64,000 bases of DNA from Candidatus Uhrbacteria bacterium. GTDB lineage: Bacteria > Patescibacteriota > Patescibacteriia > UBA9934 > GWF2-40-263. The DNA is taken from positions 980 through 64,979 of the forward strand of contig JACRJU010000013.1 of assembly GCA_016219925.1 (NCBI GenBank), given 5' to 3'. Positions 41,882 through 50,869 of this stretch are shown here, piece by piece. A model generated the notes under the pieces. The model had not been told where the DNA came from and made no database searches. It saw nothing but the letters and a program-made list of their open reading frames with translations. Every line of letters begins with the position of its first letter. Position 1 is the first letter of the stretch. The position numbers and the translations under genes were made by a program.

Positions 41882-42940
41882 TCAGCGGCTGAAGGGCCAG
41901 TGGCCGGCCGGTTTCTTGTCTTCGGTCTTGGCCATTGGTTTGTCTTTGACTTTGCCTTTCGGCTTGCCGGGCTTGTCTGTCTTGCCCGGCTTGCTCGGCG
42001 CAGTCGGCGGAGTCGCGTCGGCGGAAGGCTTGGTCTTGCCGTTGAATAAATCGACGAGCGAGATGTTCTGGACGGTGCGGTTGGGATCGTAGGCGCTGTG
42101 CTGGCCTTCGATGGCCTTCGCTCCGCCCTTTGGCATCTGTTCGTACAGGAACAGCGCGACCCCCTTGTAGTAGGGAGCGGCCGCCTGCAGGAAGCGCGTG
42201 ATCTGCGTCGCGCTCACCGATTTGCCGTAGGTCATGCCCACCGGGACGAGCGTGCACTCGTGTCCGGGGTGGTAGGCGCGCAGGGCATCGAACTGCCCCT
42301 GCGTGTAGGCGAGTGCGTTCTGCGGCGACATGTCGCGGAACAGCTTCCAGTAGCTCTGCGGCAGGAAGAAGTCCGCGTACTTGAGCGCGACGGCCCAAGG
42401 AACGTCTTTCCACTGCATGAGGTGCGGGAAGCTGGAGAAGGCGAGGATCGTCCACGGACGGGCATCCACCTGTTTGCGCAGTTGCGCGAATAGACGCTCC
42501 CAACGAGCTTTGGACTTGCCAAACAGCCCGAGGTCGTCGACGACGACGCCGTCAGCGCCCATCTCGAGCGTCCGAACGGCGAGCTGGATGGATTCGTCCA
42601 CGCTCGTGTCCGTCTTGAGCCGCGCAGTGAAGTACGAGTACACGCGCATCCCCTCCCCGTGGAATGCCGCAATGAGATCGCGCGAGATCGCCTCACGCCA
42701 CGTGCGACCCACGCGTGTGCCCCAGCTTCCGCCGTCGTGCGATTTCACGATGACGAAGTGGTAGCCAGCGTCGTGCACCGCCTTGGCGTAGGCCTTCGCC
42801 TGTTCGCCCTCGGTGTTGCCGACACTGCTCTTGTAGGTGAAGACTCCCAGGCCGCTCATGTGCGGCGGCAGGGTCTTTGGCTCGGCTTGCGCAGGAAGTG
42901 CGAGCGTGGCGAGCAGGACGAGGACGAAGGTGCGAACCAT
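41882..42940 (-). CDS. secreted TIM-barrel glycoside hydrolase-like protein (possibly GH25/lysozyme-like; GC3-rich class)
   Basis: Signal peptide LPAQA; FVIVKSHDG, MRVYSYF, ADGVVVDD, FFLPQSYW; Pro/Lys-rich tail. Confidence 0.6.
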   Translation of the reverse strand: MVRTFVLVLLATLALPAQAEPKTLPPHMSGLGVFTYKSSVGNTEGEQAKAYAKAVHDAGYHFVIVKSHDGGSWGTRVGRTWREAISRDLIAAFHGEGMRVYSYFTARLKTDTSVDESIQLAVRTLEMGADGVVVDDLGLFGKSKARWERLFAQLRKQVDARPWTILAFSSFPHLMQWKDVPWAVALKYADFFLPQSYWKLFRDMSPQNALAYTQGQFDALRAYHPGHECTLVPVGMTYGKSVSATQITRFLQAAAPYYKGVALFLYEQMPKGGAKAIEGQHSAYDPNRTVQNISLVDLFNGKTKPSADATPPTAPSKPGKTDKPGKPKGKVKDKPMAKTEDKKPAGHWPFSR

Positions 42941-42985
42941 TGAAAGACCCCCTTAACCTGCGGAGAAACGTTCCGCAAGGGCTGT

Positions 42986-43014
42986 AACGTATATCAAAAA
43001 ATCGTTTTTGTCAA
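42986..43014 (-). promoter_or_regulatory. sigma70-like promoter
   Basis: TTGACA-17bp-TACGTT on minus strand. Confidence 0.55.
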
Positions 43015-43059
43015 TTAAGACTAAACAAAAATCACCGACGTTGTGTCGGTGATTTTTGT

Positions 43060-43451
43060 TGGTGGAGCTGGGGGGAATCGAACCCCCGTGTGGTAAGGCA
43101 TGGCCGTACGATGGTTCCAAGCTCATTCCCGCTTTGATCATCGCGCGCTTGAAGCGGGACAAAATGCGCGCGAGGGTGCCGGTCGCAACATCTTGACCGC
43201 GCGAGATCGGCGACCGCGCAGTCCAGCTCGAAGATATGACATTCGTGTTGAGCTATCGAGCTTCGCTCAGACGAACGGCTCTACAAACCCTTAGGCGAGA
43301 GCTGGGGCAAAAGAAGGAACGCGCAAAGCGTCCTTGATTTTCGCCATGACGTTGTTGGCAAGTATCGTCTTGCATGGAGAGATTTACGAGGTCCCATACG
43401 GCCTCGGCTTGATCACACGGTCAGGGACTCCCATCGAAACCGATCAGCCCC
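43060..43451 (-). ncRNA. ssrA: tmRNA
   Basis: 5' GGGGCTGATCGGTTTCGA; 3' GGGGGTTCGATTCCCCCCAGCTCCACCA; tag ORF ANNVMAKIKDALRVPSFAPALA*; terminator at 43025-43060; smpB nearby. Confidence 0.93.
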
Positions 43452-43562
43452 AGGCGTCTCACTCTACGCATTTTTTTTCTTTCTGTCAATCAAACTGCCG
43501 CGCTTGTTCACACCCGCGCGTGATCAATTTTTGAAAATCCTGTATTATAACTATAACGTTCT

Positions 43563-44576
43563 ATGTCTTCCGAACACACGATCAGCATTTCGACCGGTAC
43601 CTTTTTTAAAGCCGTTCTCATCATTTTAGGGTTGTGGTTTTTGTGGTACATCCGCGACATCGTCGCGATGTTCGTGGTGGCGATCATGCTTTCCTCTTTG
43701 ATTGATCCGTTCGCGGATTGGTTTTCGAAGCACCGCATTCCACGCGGTCTTGCCGTTTTGATTGTTTATACCGTTCTGCTCGCGCTGGCGAGCGTCCTGA
43801 TTATTGTGATGATTCCGGTGGTCGTTCAGCAGTCGGGACAGCTTGTTGAAAATCTCTCCTCCAACTCAACCAACCTCGTAAATACCTTCGTGCAGTTTCA
43901 GCAGAGGCATCAATTTTTAGAAAGTTTTACCAGCGGGCTTCAATCGTTTCAGCAAAGTTTGAACACATCAGCCAATTCGGTCTTTTCTACGGTGAAAGGA
44001 TTTTTCGGTGGCGTGGCGGCCGTCCTGATTGTATTAGTTCTTACCTTTTATATGGTGGTTGAGGAGGATAGCATGCGTCGTTATTTCAAAACGCTCGCTC
44101 CGGAAGAATATCAGCCGTATCTCATGCAACTCATGAAAAAAATGCAGGACAAAATTGGAGCGTGGTTGCGCGGTCAGCTTATTTTAGGATTTTTTGTGGG
44201 CTTAGCGGTTTATATTGGTCTGAAGTTTTTAGGGGTTCCTTATGCGCTTCTTCTGGCTCTGATCGCGGGAGTGCTTGAGATCGTTCCATATGTTGGCCCG
44301 ATCATCTCTTTGATTCCGGCGGGGTTGATCGGATTTGCTCAATCGCCCGTTCTTGGTTTAGCCGTAGTGGTTTTGTACCTCGTCATTCAGCAGATTGAAA
44401 ATAATGTGCTCGTACCGAAAATCATGCAGACGGTGACCGGATTGAATCCTATCTTGAGCATCGCCGCTTTGCTCGTGGGGGTACAGGTGGGGGGATTTGT
44501 TGGCGCGCTTCTGGCTATTCCACTTGCCACCATGGTTGCCGTTGTGGCTGAAGATGTTTTTAAAGGATTGGTATGA
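43563..44576 (+). CDS. AI-2E family transporter
   Basis: Multiple TMs; WLRGQL, IVPYVGP, QQIENNVLVPKIM, GALLAIPL. Confidence 0.92.
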   Translation: MSSEHTISISTGTFFKAVLIILGLWFLWYIRDIVAMFVVAIMLSSLIDPFADWFSKHRIPRGLAVLIVYTVLLALASVLIIVMIPVVVQQSGQLVENLSSNSTNLVNTFVQFQQRHQFLESFTSGLQSFQQSLNTSANSVFSTVKGFFGGVAAVLIVLVLTFYMVVEEDSMRRYFKTLAPEEYQPYLMQLMKKMQDKIGAWLRGQLILGFFVGLAVYIGLKFLGVPYALLLALIAGVLEIVPYVGPIISLIPAGLIGFAQSPVLGLAVVVLYLVIQQIENNVLVPKIMQTVTGLNPILSIAALLVGVQVGGFVGALLAIPLATMVAVVAEDVFKGLV

Positions 44577-44977
44577 TGTTTCACAAGCGGACTTCATTTT
44601 TTCCCCTCGTCCTTGCTTTGCTCACGCTCGCACTAGTCGTTTTAATGATTTTTGCCTTTGCGAGCCGCGGGTCGGTTTCCAAAACGCCCGTCCCAGCATC
44701 ATCAAAACCGGTTTCCGCTGAACAATATGATCAGGAGCTGAGCGCGTTGACGACAGAATTTACCGCGGTGTATCAAGCGGCTGTTGACTCGCAGACCAAA
44801 CTTTCGCTTGTGCAAAAAACGCTCGCGCAATTATTGGCCATGACGGTTCCAGCCGCAGAAAAAGAAAAACACTTGGCGCTCGCGGTGGAACTGAGTCAGA
44901 TGCAACAAGCGCTGACGAATCAAACCGGCGAAGAGGCCGCGGCGTTTGAGCGCTTCCGCCAGTATGTCTCGGATTGA
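44573..44977 (+). CDS. hypothetical membrane-anchored protein
   Basis: N-terminal TM, helical; overlaps neighbours as in an operon. Confidence 0.7.
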   Translation: MMFHKRTSFFPLVLALLTLALVVLMIFAFASRGSVSKTPVPASSKPVSAEQYDQELSALTTEFTAVYQAAVDSQTKLSLVQKTLAQLLAMTVPAAEKEKHLALAVELSQMQQALTNQTGEEAAAFERFRQYVSD

Positions 44978-45722
44978 AAAGGGTCAAGATTCCAAAGAAG
45001 GAATGCAGCAGCTTAAAGGGGAGGTGATTAAGGAGATCCGTTCGCAGAATCGCGGACGGCCTTGGATCACCTGTTCGCTGCTGTTTTTGGTTATCATTTT
45101 TGGACTCTTGAGCGCTGGCGCTTGGGCGGTGGCGGCTACAGGTCTTGTGAACGTTCCGGGATTTACCTCGTGGGCGTATCATCCCCCAGTGCCAGAGCGC
45201 ACGGTTCTGCCTGGCGTACCGATGGAGCGCGTGGTGGATGAACGGGTGAAGAGTTTGATCGCTCAACGTTTGCAAGATGGGCAGGGCAAGCTTTCGCAAA
45301 CCGCGATCTCCCTTGAGATCAGCGAGCAATCGCTCACCGCCTCTTTGCGTAGTGCGCTTGGAAAGCAAATGGATGATACGCTCGACAGCGCCACCGCACA
45401 GGTCCGCATTGATCCCGATACCGGTTTCACTTTTTTCGTCCTCTTCAAAAATTCTCCCCGCGCAAGCGCTCTGCAGTTTTCCGTTTATGCGAGCGCCCAT
45501 GACGGCACGGTCGAACTCAAACCGGAACGGTTTATCGTGGGTTCGCTTCCGATTCCTAACGCGCTCACCGCCTTCTTCCTTCAACCATTTATTCAGAGTA
45601 AGTTGAATGATTTCAACGCCTTATTGGGATCGTATGTGCAGATGAAGTCGATTGATTATCAAGCAGGGGTTGTGATCATCAACGGGGATTTGGCTGTTCA
45701 AATCAAGGAAGGACAACCTTAG
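44964..45722 (+). CDS. hypothetical membrane-anchored protein
   Basis: Start MSRIEK; one TM; operonic. Confidence 0.7.
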   Translation: MSRIEKGQDSKEGMQQLKGEVIKEIRSQNRGRPWITCSLLFLVIIFGLLSAGAWAVAATGLVNVPGFTSWAYHPPVPERTVLPGVPMERVVDERVKSLIAQRLQDGQGKLSQTAISLEISEQSLTASLRSALGKQMDDTLDSATAQVRIDPDTGFTFFVLFKNSPRASALQFSVYASAHDGTVELKPERFIVGSLPIPNALTAFFLQPFIQSKLNDFNALLGSYVQMKSIDYQAGVVIINGDLAVQIKEGQP

Positions 45723-45730
45723 CGAGAAGT

Positions 45731-46495
45731 ATGATTCTGATTCATCGTGTAACGCCATTTGCGATTGGAGCCATTGGGGCTCTGGGGTTTGCTTCGCTTT
45801 TGGAGCATTGGATGGCGCCGCAGACGAGTGTGCTGTTCACGCTCGTATTGATGGCGTTGTTGTTTGCTCGCCTGCTTGTTTGGCGCGTGCGTACCTTTGC
45901 CTTCTGGCATTTTTTCGCCACGCCGTTGTTGTATCTGCTCGCCGCGTTCAGCATGCTTTTTTTGTTTGAAGGTCGAATGCTTTCCCTCATTCTATCTGTG
46001 GTGAGTGTTATCTTGCTCGTGCTGTTCGCGGAATATCTTTTTCAATTCACGCATCTTCCCAGTCAATACCAGCCGTACTCGATTGAATATCTCACTCTGC
46101 TCTTAAACATCCTGACTATTTTTTCCCTCTCCTCTTTTGCTTACGGAGCCCATCTGCTTATTCAGTTTCCTTTGTGGATTCTTGCCACAGGTTTTTTCTT
46201 GTTCTTTTGGTTCGTTCTTTATGGAACACTCTGGGTGAGCAAAGCGGAAGACTCGGGATCGCGTCCGTATGCTCTCGCCGGAGCCATTTTAACGACAGAG
46301 TTTTTTGTCACGCTTTCTTTCTTGCCGAGCGGACTTTACACGAACGCTTCCTTCATCACTCTGTTTTTTTATTTGTTCCTTGGGTTGACGCGCGCGCAAG
46401 TGCGCCATAAGCTTTCATCCACGGTGGTCAAGCGTTATCTGATTGTGGCAGCGATTTTGTTTGCGGCCGTTTTAGTGAGTTCTGATTGGTCTTAA
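45731..46495 (+). CDS. polytopic membrane protein
   Basis: About 8 hydrophobic segments. Confidence 0.75.
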   Translation: MILIHRVTPFAIGAIGALGFASLLEHWMAPQTSVLFTLVLMALLFARLLVWRVRTFAFWHFFATPLLYLLAAFSMLFLFEGRMLSLILSVVSVILLVLFAEYLFQFTHLPSQYQPYSIEYLTLLLNILTIFSLSSFAYGAHLLIQFPLWILATGFFLFFWFVLYGTLWVSKAEDSGSRPYALAGAILTTEFFVTLSFLPSGLYTNASFITLFFYLFLGLTRAQVRHKLSSTVVKRYLIVAAILFAAVLVSSDWS

Positions 46496-46502
46496 AAGAG
46501 GT

Positions 46503-47582
46503 ATGAAAAAAATCGATTGGCGGCTGATGATCTATCCGATTCTGATTTCTCTCGTCCTTGGATTGGGCGCGGGCATTTTGGGCACCGCATGGACATCGTC
46601 ATATCTTTCAGATTACGCCGTTCAATTAAATGAACTGACCGCGCCTCTTCGCCTTTCTGCGCAGAAGCCTCGTAACTTTCCGTCTTCCTATAAAGAGGCT
46701 GTTGATGATTTTGTATCGCAGACTTTGCCAAGCGTGGTTCAGGTGTATCGTGACGCGTCGGGTGCGCTGGGATATCGGCAGGATGAGGCGGATCGTGTGG
46801 GCATGGTGCTCACCACGGACGGATGGGTGGGAATTGAAAGTGGACGAACAGCTCCGGCGTCGCTGATGGAGTCGCGTATTCACGTCAATAATCAATGGCT
46901 TTCCGTGCAGGCACAAAAGTTCGATCCGGTGACAGGGATCATTTTTGTGAAAGTAGAGGCAGATCATTTGCCGGTGGTGTCTTTGGGGAAGGGGCGGGAA
47001 GCCCATCGAGGCGAGCAGGTTTTCGTTGTTGAAGATGCCGCGGGATTTGTCGTGGCTTCCGTCAAAGGGGAAGAGTGGGCGCAAGACGGATCGGTCAGCT
47101 CTGATGAACCCAACCGTTTGCTCACGCTCGATCGCGATGTTCAACCTGGAAGTTTGGTTTTTAATTTGAGCGGAGAGGTGATTGGACTGGTGCGCACGGA
47201 TCACGCGGTCTTGCCCATCGAAGCCATGACACCATCGTTCAAATCTTTGCTTGAGCATCAAACCATTTCACGCCCGACACTCGGGGTGATGGCCGTGGAT
47301 CTTTCCCATGGGCTTGATATATCTGCGACGCTGACTTCCGGGCACACGACCGGCGCCCTGCTATACGGATCGGGATCGCTTGTGCGTTCCGGTGCGGCGC
47401 GTCAAGCCGGTCTCAAACCTTCCGACATCATCCTTTCCGTGAACGATGAATCCGTGGACGCTTCACACACCCTTGATGAACTCATCGAACAATATCGTCC
47501 GGGCGATCAAGTGCGTCTGCAAGTTGAACGCGCCAAAGTGGGGCAGACCATCACGGTCACATTGGGCGAGCGCGCGCCTTGA
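46503..47582 (+). CDS. degenerate HtrA-like protein with PDZ domain
   Basis: HtrA layout (LTTDGW, VFNLSGEVIG, PDZ) but no TNxHV or GNSGG. Confidence 0.8.
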   Translation: MKKIDWRLMIYPILISLVLGLGAGILGTAWTSSYLSDYAVQLNELTAPLRLSAQKPRNFPSSYKEAVDDFVSQTLPSVVQVYRDASGALGYRQDEADRVGMVLTTDGWVGIESGRTAPASLMESRIHVNNQWLSVQAQKFDPVTGIIFVKVEADHLPVVSLGKGREAHRGEQVFVVEDAAGFVVASVKGEEWAQDGSVSSDEPNRLLTLDRDVQPGSLVFNLSGEVIGLVRTDHAVLPIEAMTPSFKSLLEHQTISRPTLGVMAVDLSHGLDISATLTSGHTTGALLYGSGSLVRSGAARQAGLKPSDIILSVNDESVDASHTLDELIEQYRPGDQVRLQVERAKVGQTITVTLGERAP

Positions 47583-47610
47583 GGTATAATAAAGACGTAG
47601 TGAACACTTT

Positions 47611-47700
47611 TACCCCTCGAGCCGTGTTTACCCCCCGAGCCTGTCGAGGGGGTATGGACTGCACCGCATTGCGAGCACAGCCTTCGATAGGCTCAGGCGA
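47611..47700. repeat. REP-like palindromic repeats
   Basis: CCCGAGCCTGTCGAGGGG and CCTTCGATAGGCTCAGG; related GCCCGAGCTTGTCGAGGGC at 50558-50576. Confidence 0.55.
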
Positions 47701-47713
47701 TAAGAGATCCCAT

Positions 47714-48346
47714 ATGTCCGCGAATCATCTCAAAACACTATCCGCAGGTTGGCAAACGATTTTGATGTTTGGTTTGTTGGGACTCGTGTTTGCGCTTATC
47801 GTCTCTTTTGTTCAGCCGCTTCAGTATGGTTCAACGGCGCGCCTCTTGATTTTGCAAGACGTGGGTTCTTCGGTGGATGCGTATACGGCTTCGCGCTCCG
47901 AGGAGCGTATCGCGGAAAATCTTTCCACGATTATTTACACGAGTACTTTTTTGGATCAGGTGCTCTCGGCCGGGTTTGATATTCGCGCGAATACGTTTCC
48001 TACGGATTCGGCCAATCGCCGTCGGGCTTGGCATAAGGCTGTGACCGCAACGGTTTCGCGCGGTTCGGGATTGCTTACGATTTCCGCCTATGACCAGGAT
48101 GTGAGGCAGGCCGAGCAGGTCGTTCGGGCTGTGGCTTTTGTTTTGACCGGACGGGTGGGGGAGTTTACTTCTGGGGGAAATGTGCAAGTTCGATTGATTG
48201 ATGCTCCGCTCAATTCGCGCTGGCCGGTCCGGCCAAATATTTTTGCAAATACCCTGACCGGATTGATTTTGGGAGGATTTGTTGGGATAGCCGTTGTCTT
48301 GGTTCAAACGGAAAAGATTCGTCGGAGGCATCAACTGCACGGATAA
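47714..48346 (+). CDS. Wzz/CapA-like polysaccharide chain-length determinant
   Basis: Two terminal TMs; QPLQYGSTARLLI; PVRPN..N...GLILG. Confidence 0.8.
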   Translation: MSANHLKTLSAGWQTILMFGLLGLVFALIVSFVQPLQYGSTARLLILQDVGSSVDAYTASRSEERIAENLSTIIYTSTFLDQVLSAGFDIRANTFPTDSANRRRAWHKAVTATVSRGSGLLTISAYDQDVRQAEQVVRAVAFVLTGRVGEFTSGGNVQVRLIDAPLNSRWPVRPNIFANTLTGLILGGFVGIAVVLVQTEKIRRRHQLHG

Positions 48347-48416
48347 TCAGTCTCATAAAAAGCCATTTTTTGACATAAAAAGCCTAAAAAGGTCTTTTTT
48401 TGTCTGTTCCCGTCTC

Positions 48417-48445
48417 TTGACATTTTTGTCTGATTATGCTACATT
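48417..48445 (+). promoter_or_regulatory. sigma70-like promoter for first array gene
   Basis: TTGACA-17bp-TACATT with TG extension. Confidence 0.65.
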
Positions 48446-48640
48446 GCCACGTTCAATGCTCCTTATGTGACCCGCGTTTTGAAGCGGTTTGATGTCCAGC
48501 CGGAATGCCTCCTCCTCATTCTGCGCCGGATATCAGACCACTTCAGACCGTATGGTCTGGTGTGTCCCTTAAAACATCACCAAGAACATATTTGGACAGA
48601 TTGGTTTCTCTCTGCACCTACGGCTTTACTTCTCTTAAGG

Positions 48641-48726
48641 AGATCCTTCGTCGGCCTCTGGCCTCCTCAGGATGACAAATAAAATGTTGTGTCATCCTGA
48701 AGGAGCTTGAATCGACTGAAGGATCT
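48641..48726. repeat. REP-like doublet
   Basis: AGATCCTTCG...CTCAGGATGACA / TGTCATCCTGA...GAAGGATCT; related copy at 50636-50720. Confidence 0.65.
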
Positions 48727-48744
48727 TACAGAATGTAAAACCGC

Positions 48745-48850
48745 GAGTGCAGAGAGACAACCATCCCTCCGGGGTGGCTCTGTGGCATACAGCTGAGACG
48801 GGATTTCCCCCGCTTCGGTATCGTGTGTCAGATATCCCCCGGAGGGGGAG
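48745..48850 (+). promoter_or_regulatory. conserved structured 5' leader element, copy 1
   Basis: 106 nt, 105/106 identical to 52085-52190; long hairpin just upstream of the SD. Confidence 0.75.
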
Positions 48851-48865
48851 ACAATGGAGGAAGCC

Positions 48866-50341
48866 ATGAAGACGTTGTGCCAGTTCGTTTTCGCCGTGAG
48901 TCTGCTCGTCGGCGCCACCGCCGCGTTCGCGGCCCCCCCCAAGCCCACGGCCGACTGCGGCCTGGACAAGGACGGCGACGGTTGGTGCGTGCCGGATCCG
49001 AGCCGCACCATGCCCGACCCGGCCGACCCCAGCAAGAGCAAGCCGTTTCATCTCGGCAAGCTCGACTGCAACGACGCCGACCCGGCCGTTCACCCCGGCG
49101 CCAAGGAAATCGTCGGCAACGGGATCGACGAGGACTGTGACGGTGAAGACGCCGAAGCCCCGGCCTACGCGAAGAACTTCGGGTGCGACCCGAAGAACGC
49201 GAAGTGTTTGGCGGTCTTGGCCAAGGAGATCAAGGCGTGCGACGGCAAGACCGGCTGTGCCGTGAACTACACGGCCGGCAAGTTCGTCACCGGCTTCGGC
49301 TTCTACTTCATCGACACCGACTGCGACGGCGTGCGCGAGCTTGTCAATCAGGCCGGGAAGGACAAGCACGACGCCGAGATCGCGGCCGGGAAGCACTGCG
49401 TGCGACCCGCCGGGACGACGCATCGCCCGCACCACAAGGGGAAGGCCAAGCCGAAGTACGCCGTCGCTCCTCTCCCCGTCGATCCCACCCGGGTCGACGC
49501 GCTCGAGAAGGGAGCCGGCGAGCTCCGAGATGACGTCGACGGTCTCGATGACCGGCTCGACGACGTCGAAGAGCTCGCGGCCGACGGGGCCAAGCGCCTC
49601 GATGACCTCAACGGAGCCCTCAAGGCCGAAGCCAAGGCCCGTGAGGCCGCGGACAAGGCAGAGGCCGAGGCCCGCAAGGCCGCCGACAGCGCTCTGGGCG
49701 ACCAGATCGCGATCGTCAAGGGCCAGGCCGCGACGGCTCACCGGGTCGCCGTGGCCGCGGGCACCCGCGCCGAAGACGCCGCCTCCGCCGCCGCCGTCGC
49801 CAACAGCGCCGGCGTCAACGCGGGGTTCAACGTCGGCGTGGCTCTCAAGGGCCAGGCCGACATCCACCTGAAAAGTGGAGTGGCGCGGGGAGGCTTCGCT
49901 CCCATGCTCCTCGTCGGCGGTCACGTCGGCGCGGAGCTCCCGTCCGGGATCTACCGCCTCCTCGGCGCCGTCGGCCTCCCCTTCGAGGAAGGTCCAAGCG
50001 GCAACACCGAGCGCGGGATGTTCTGGACGGTCGGTGGCGAGACGCTCTTCAAGCTCGCCCCCGGCTCCGCGCACGCGCTCGGGCTCATCGTCCGGTACGT
50101 CGACCACGAAAGTGGTGGTGACGTCCTGGGCGTCAACGCTCGGTCGCGCGGCGGCGGAGGCGGCGTCGCGTACGAGTACGCGTCCGGCTCGGGATGGTTG
50201 CGCACCCCAGTGCACGTCAGCCTCGAAGGGGGCGGCGAGCAGTTGGGCTCCCAGGGCAGTCAGTTTCGTGCCCTGGGCAACGCCGCCTTCGCCATGCTGA
50301 CCCTCACGGTCGGTGGCGGAACCGGTGCGCTCACCCGCTAG
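48866..50341 (+). CDS. secreted protein: MopE-type metal-binding repeat, coiled-coil stalk, C-terminal beta-barrel-like domain (GC3-rich class)
   Basis: GGAGGA SD; signal TAAFA; DCNDADPAVHPGAKEIVGNGIDEDCDG; Ala/Glu heptads; alternating Gly/hydrophobic beta strands. Confidence 0.8.
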   Translation: MKTLCQFVFAVSLLVGATAAFAAPPKPTADCGLDKDGDGWCVPDPSRTMPDPADPSKSKPFHLGKLDCNDADPAVHPGAKEIVGNGIDEDCDGEDAEAPAYAKNFGCDPKNAKCLAVLAKEIKACDGKTGCAVNYTAGKFVTGFGFYFIDTDCDGVRELVNQAGKDKHDAEIAAGKHCVRPAGTTHRPHHKGKAKPKYAVAPLPVDPTRVDALEKGAGELRDDVDGLDDRLDDVEELAADGAKRLDDLNGALKAEAKAREAADKAEAEARKAADSALGDQIAIVKGQAATAHRVAVAAGTRAEDAASAAAVANSAGVNAGFNVGVALKGQADIHLKSGVARGGFAPMLLVGGHVGAELPSGIYRLLGAVGLPFEEGPSGNTERGMFWTVGGETLFKLAPGSAHALGLIVRYVDHESGGDVLGVNARSRGGGGGVAYEYASGSGWLRTPVHVSLEGGGEQLGSQGSQFRALGNAAFAMLTLTVGGGTGALTR

Positions 50342-50869
50342 GCCTCTGCGCGGCGCGGCTCGCCTCCTCCCGAGTGCGCGCCGTCATCACGCCGGTTGTC
50401 CCCCGACCGGCACTGGGTGACCCCGCCTCCCGCGCAGTTCGACTTCGGTCGGCTGTGCGGGGGCGGGGAAACCTGGACCTCTCATCAGCTTTTGCTGATC
50501 CTGGCTCCACACACCTACTCGTGTGGAGACCTCGTACGAGAAGTTGAGTCATTTATTGCCCGAGCTTGTCGAGGGCTGTAGATGGATCATTCGACTTCTG
50601 ATATGAGGAGAACGAACATCTTTGCCATACTGTCCTGTCATCCTGAGCGAAGCGAAGGATCTCGCGTTTCTAGAGATTCTTCAGTCACTGCTGATGGAGT
50701 TATATCGACCGAAGGATCCCAAGGTGTAAAGCTGGGGAAAGCAGGATGATTGATCGCCACCCGCTGGTGTTCAGCCATCCTGTTTTCCCCGGACCCTGAC
50801 CCATGGTGGGTTCGGGGGCGGATTGGACAGAGAGAAGTCCACGGGGAGGCCCGTGGCAGGAGGAGATCC

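Noticed and set aside
41530-43060. Prophage or island integrated at tmRNA
   Set aside because: No duplicated tmRNA 3' end and no integrase visible.
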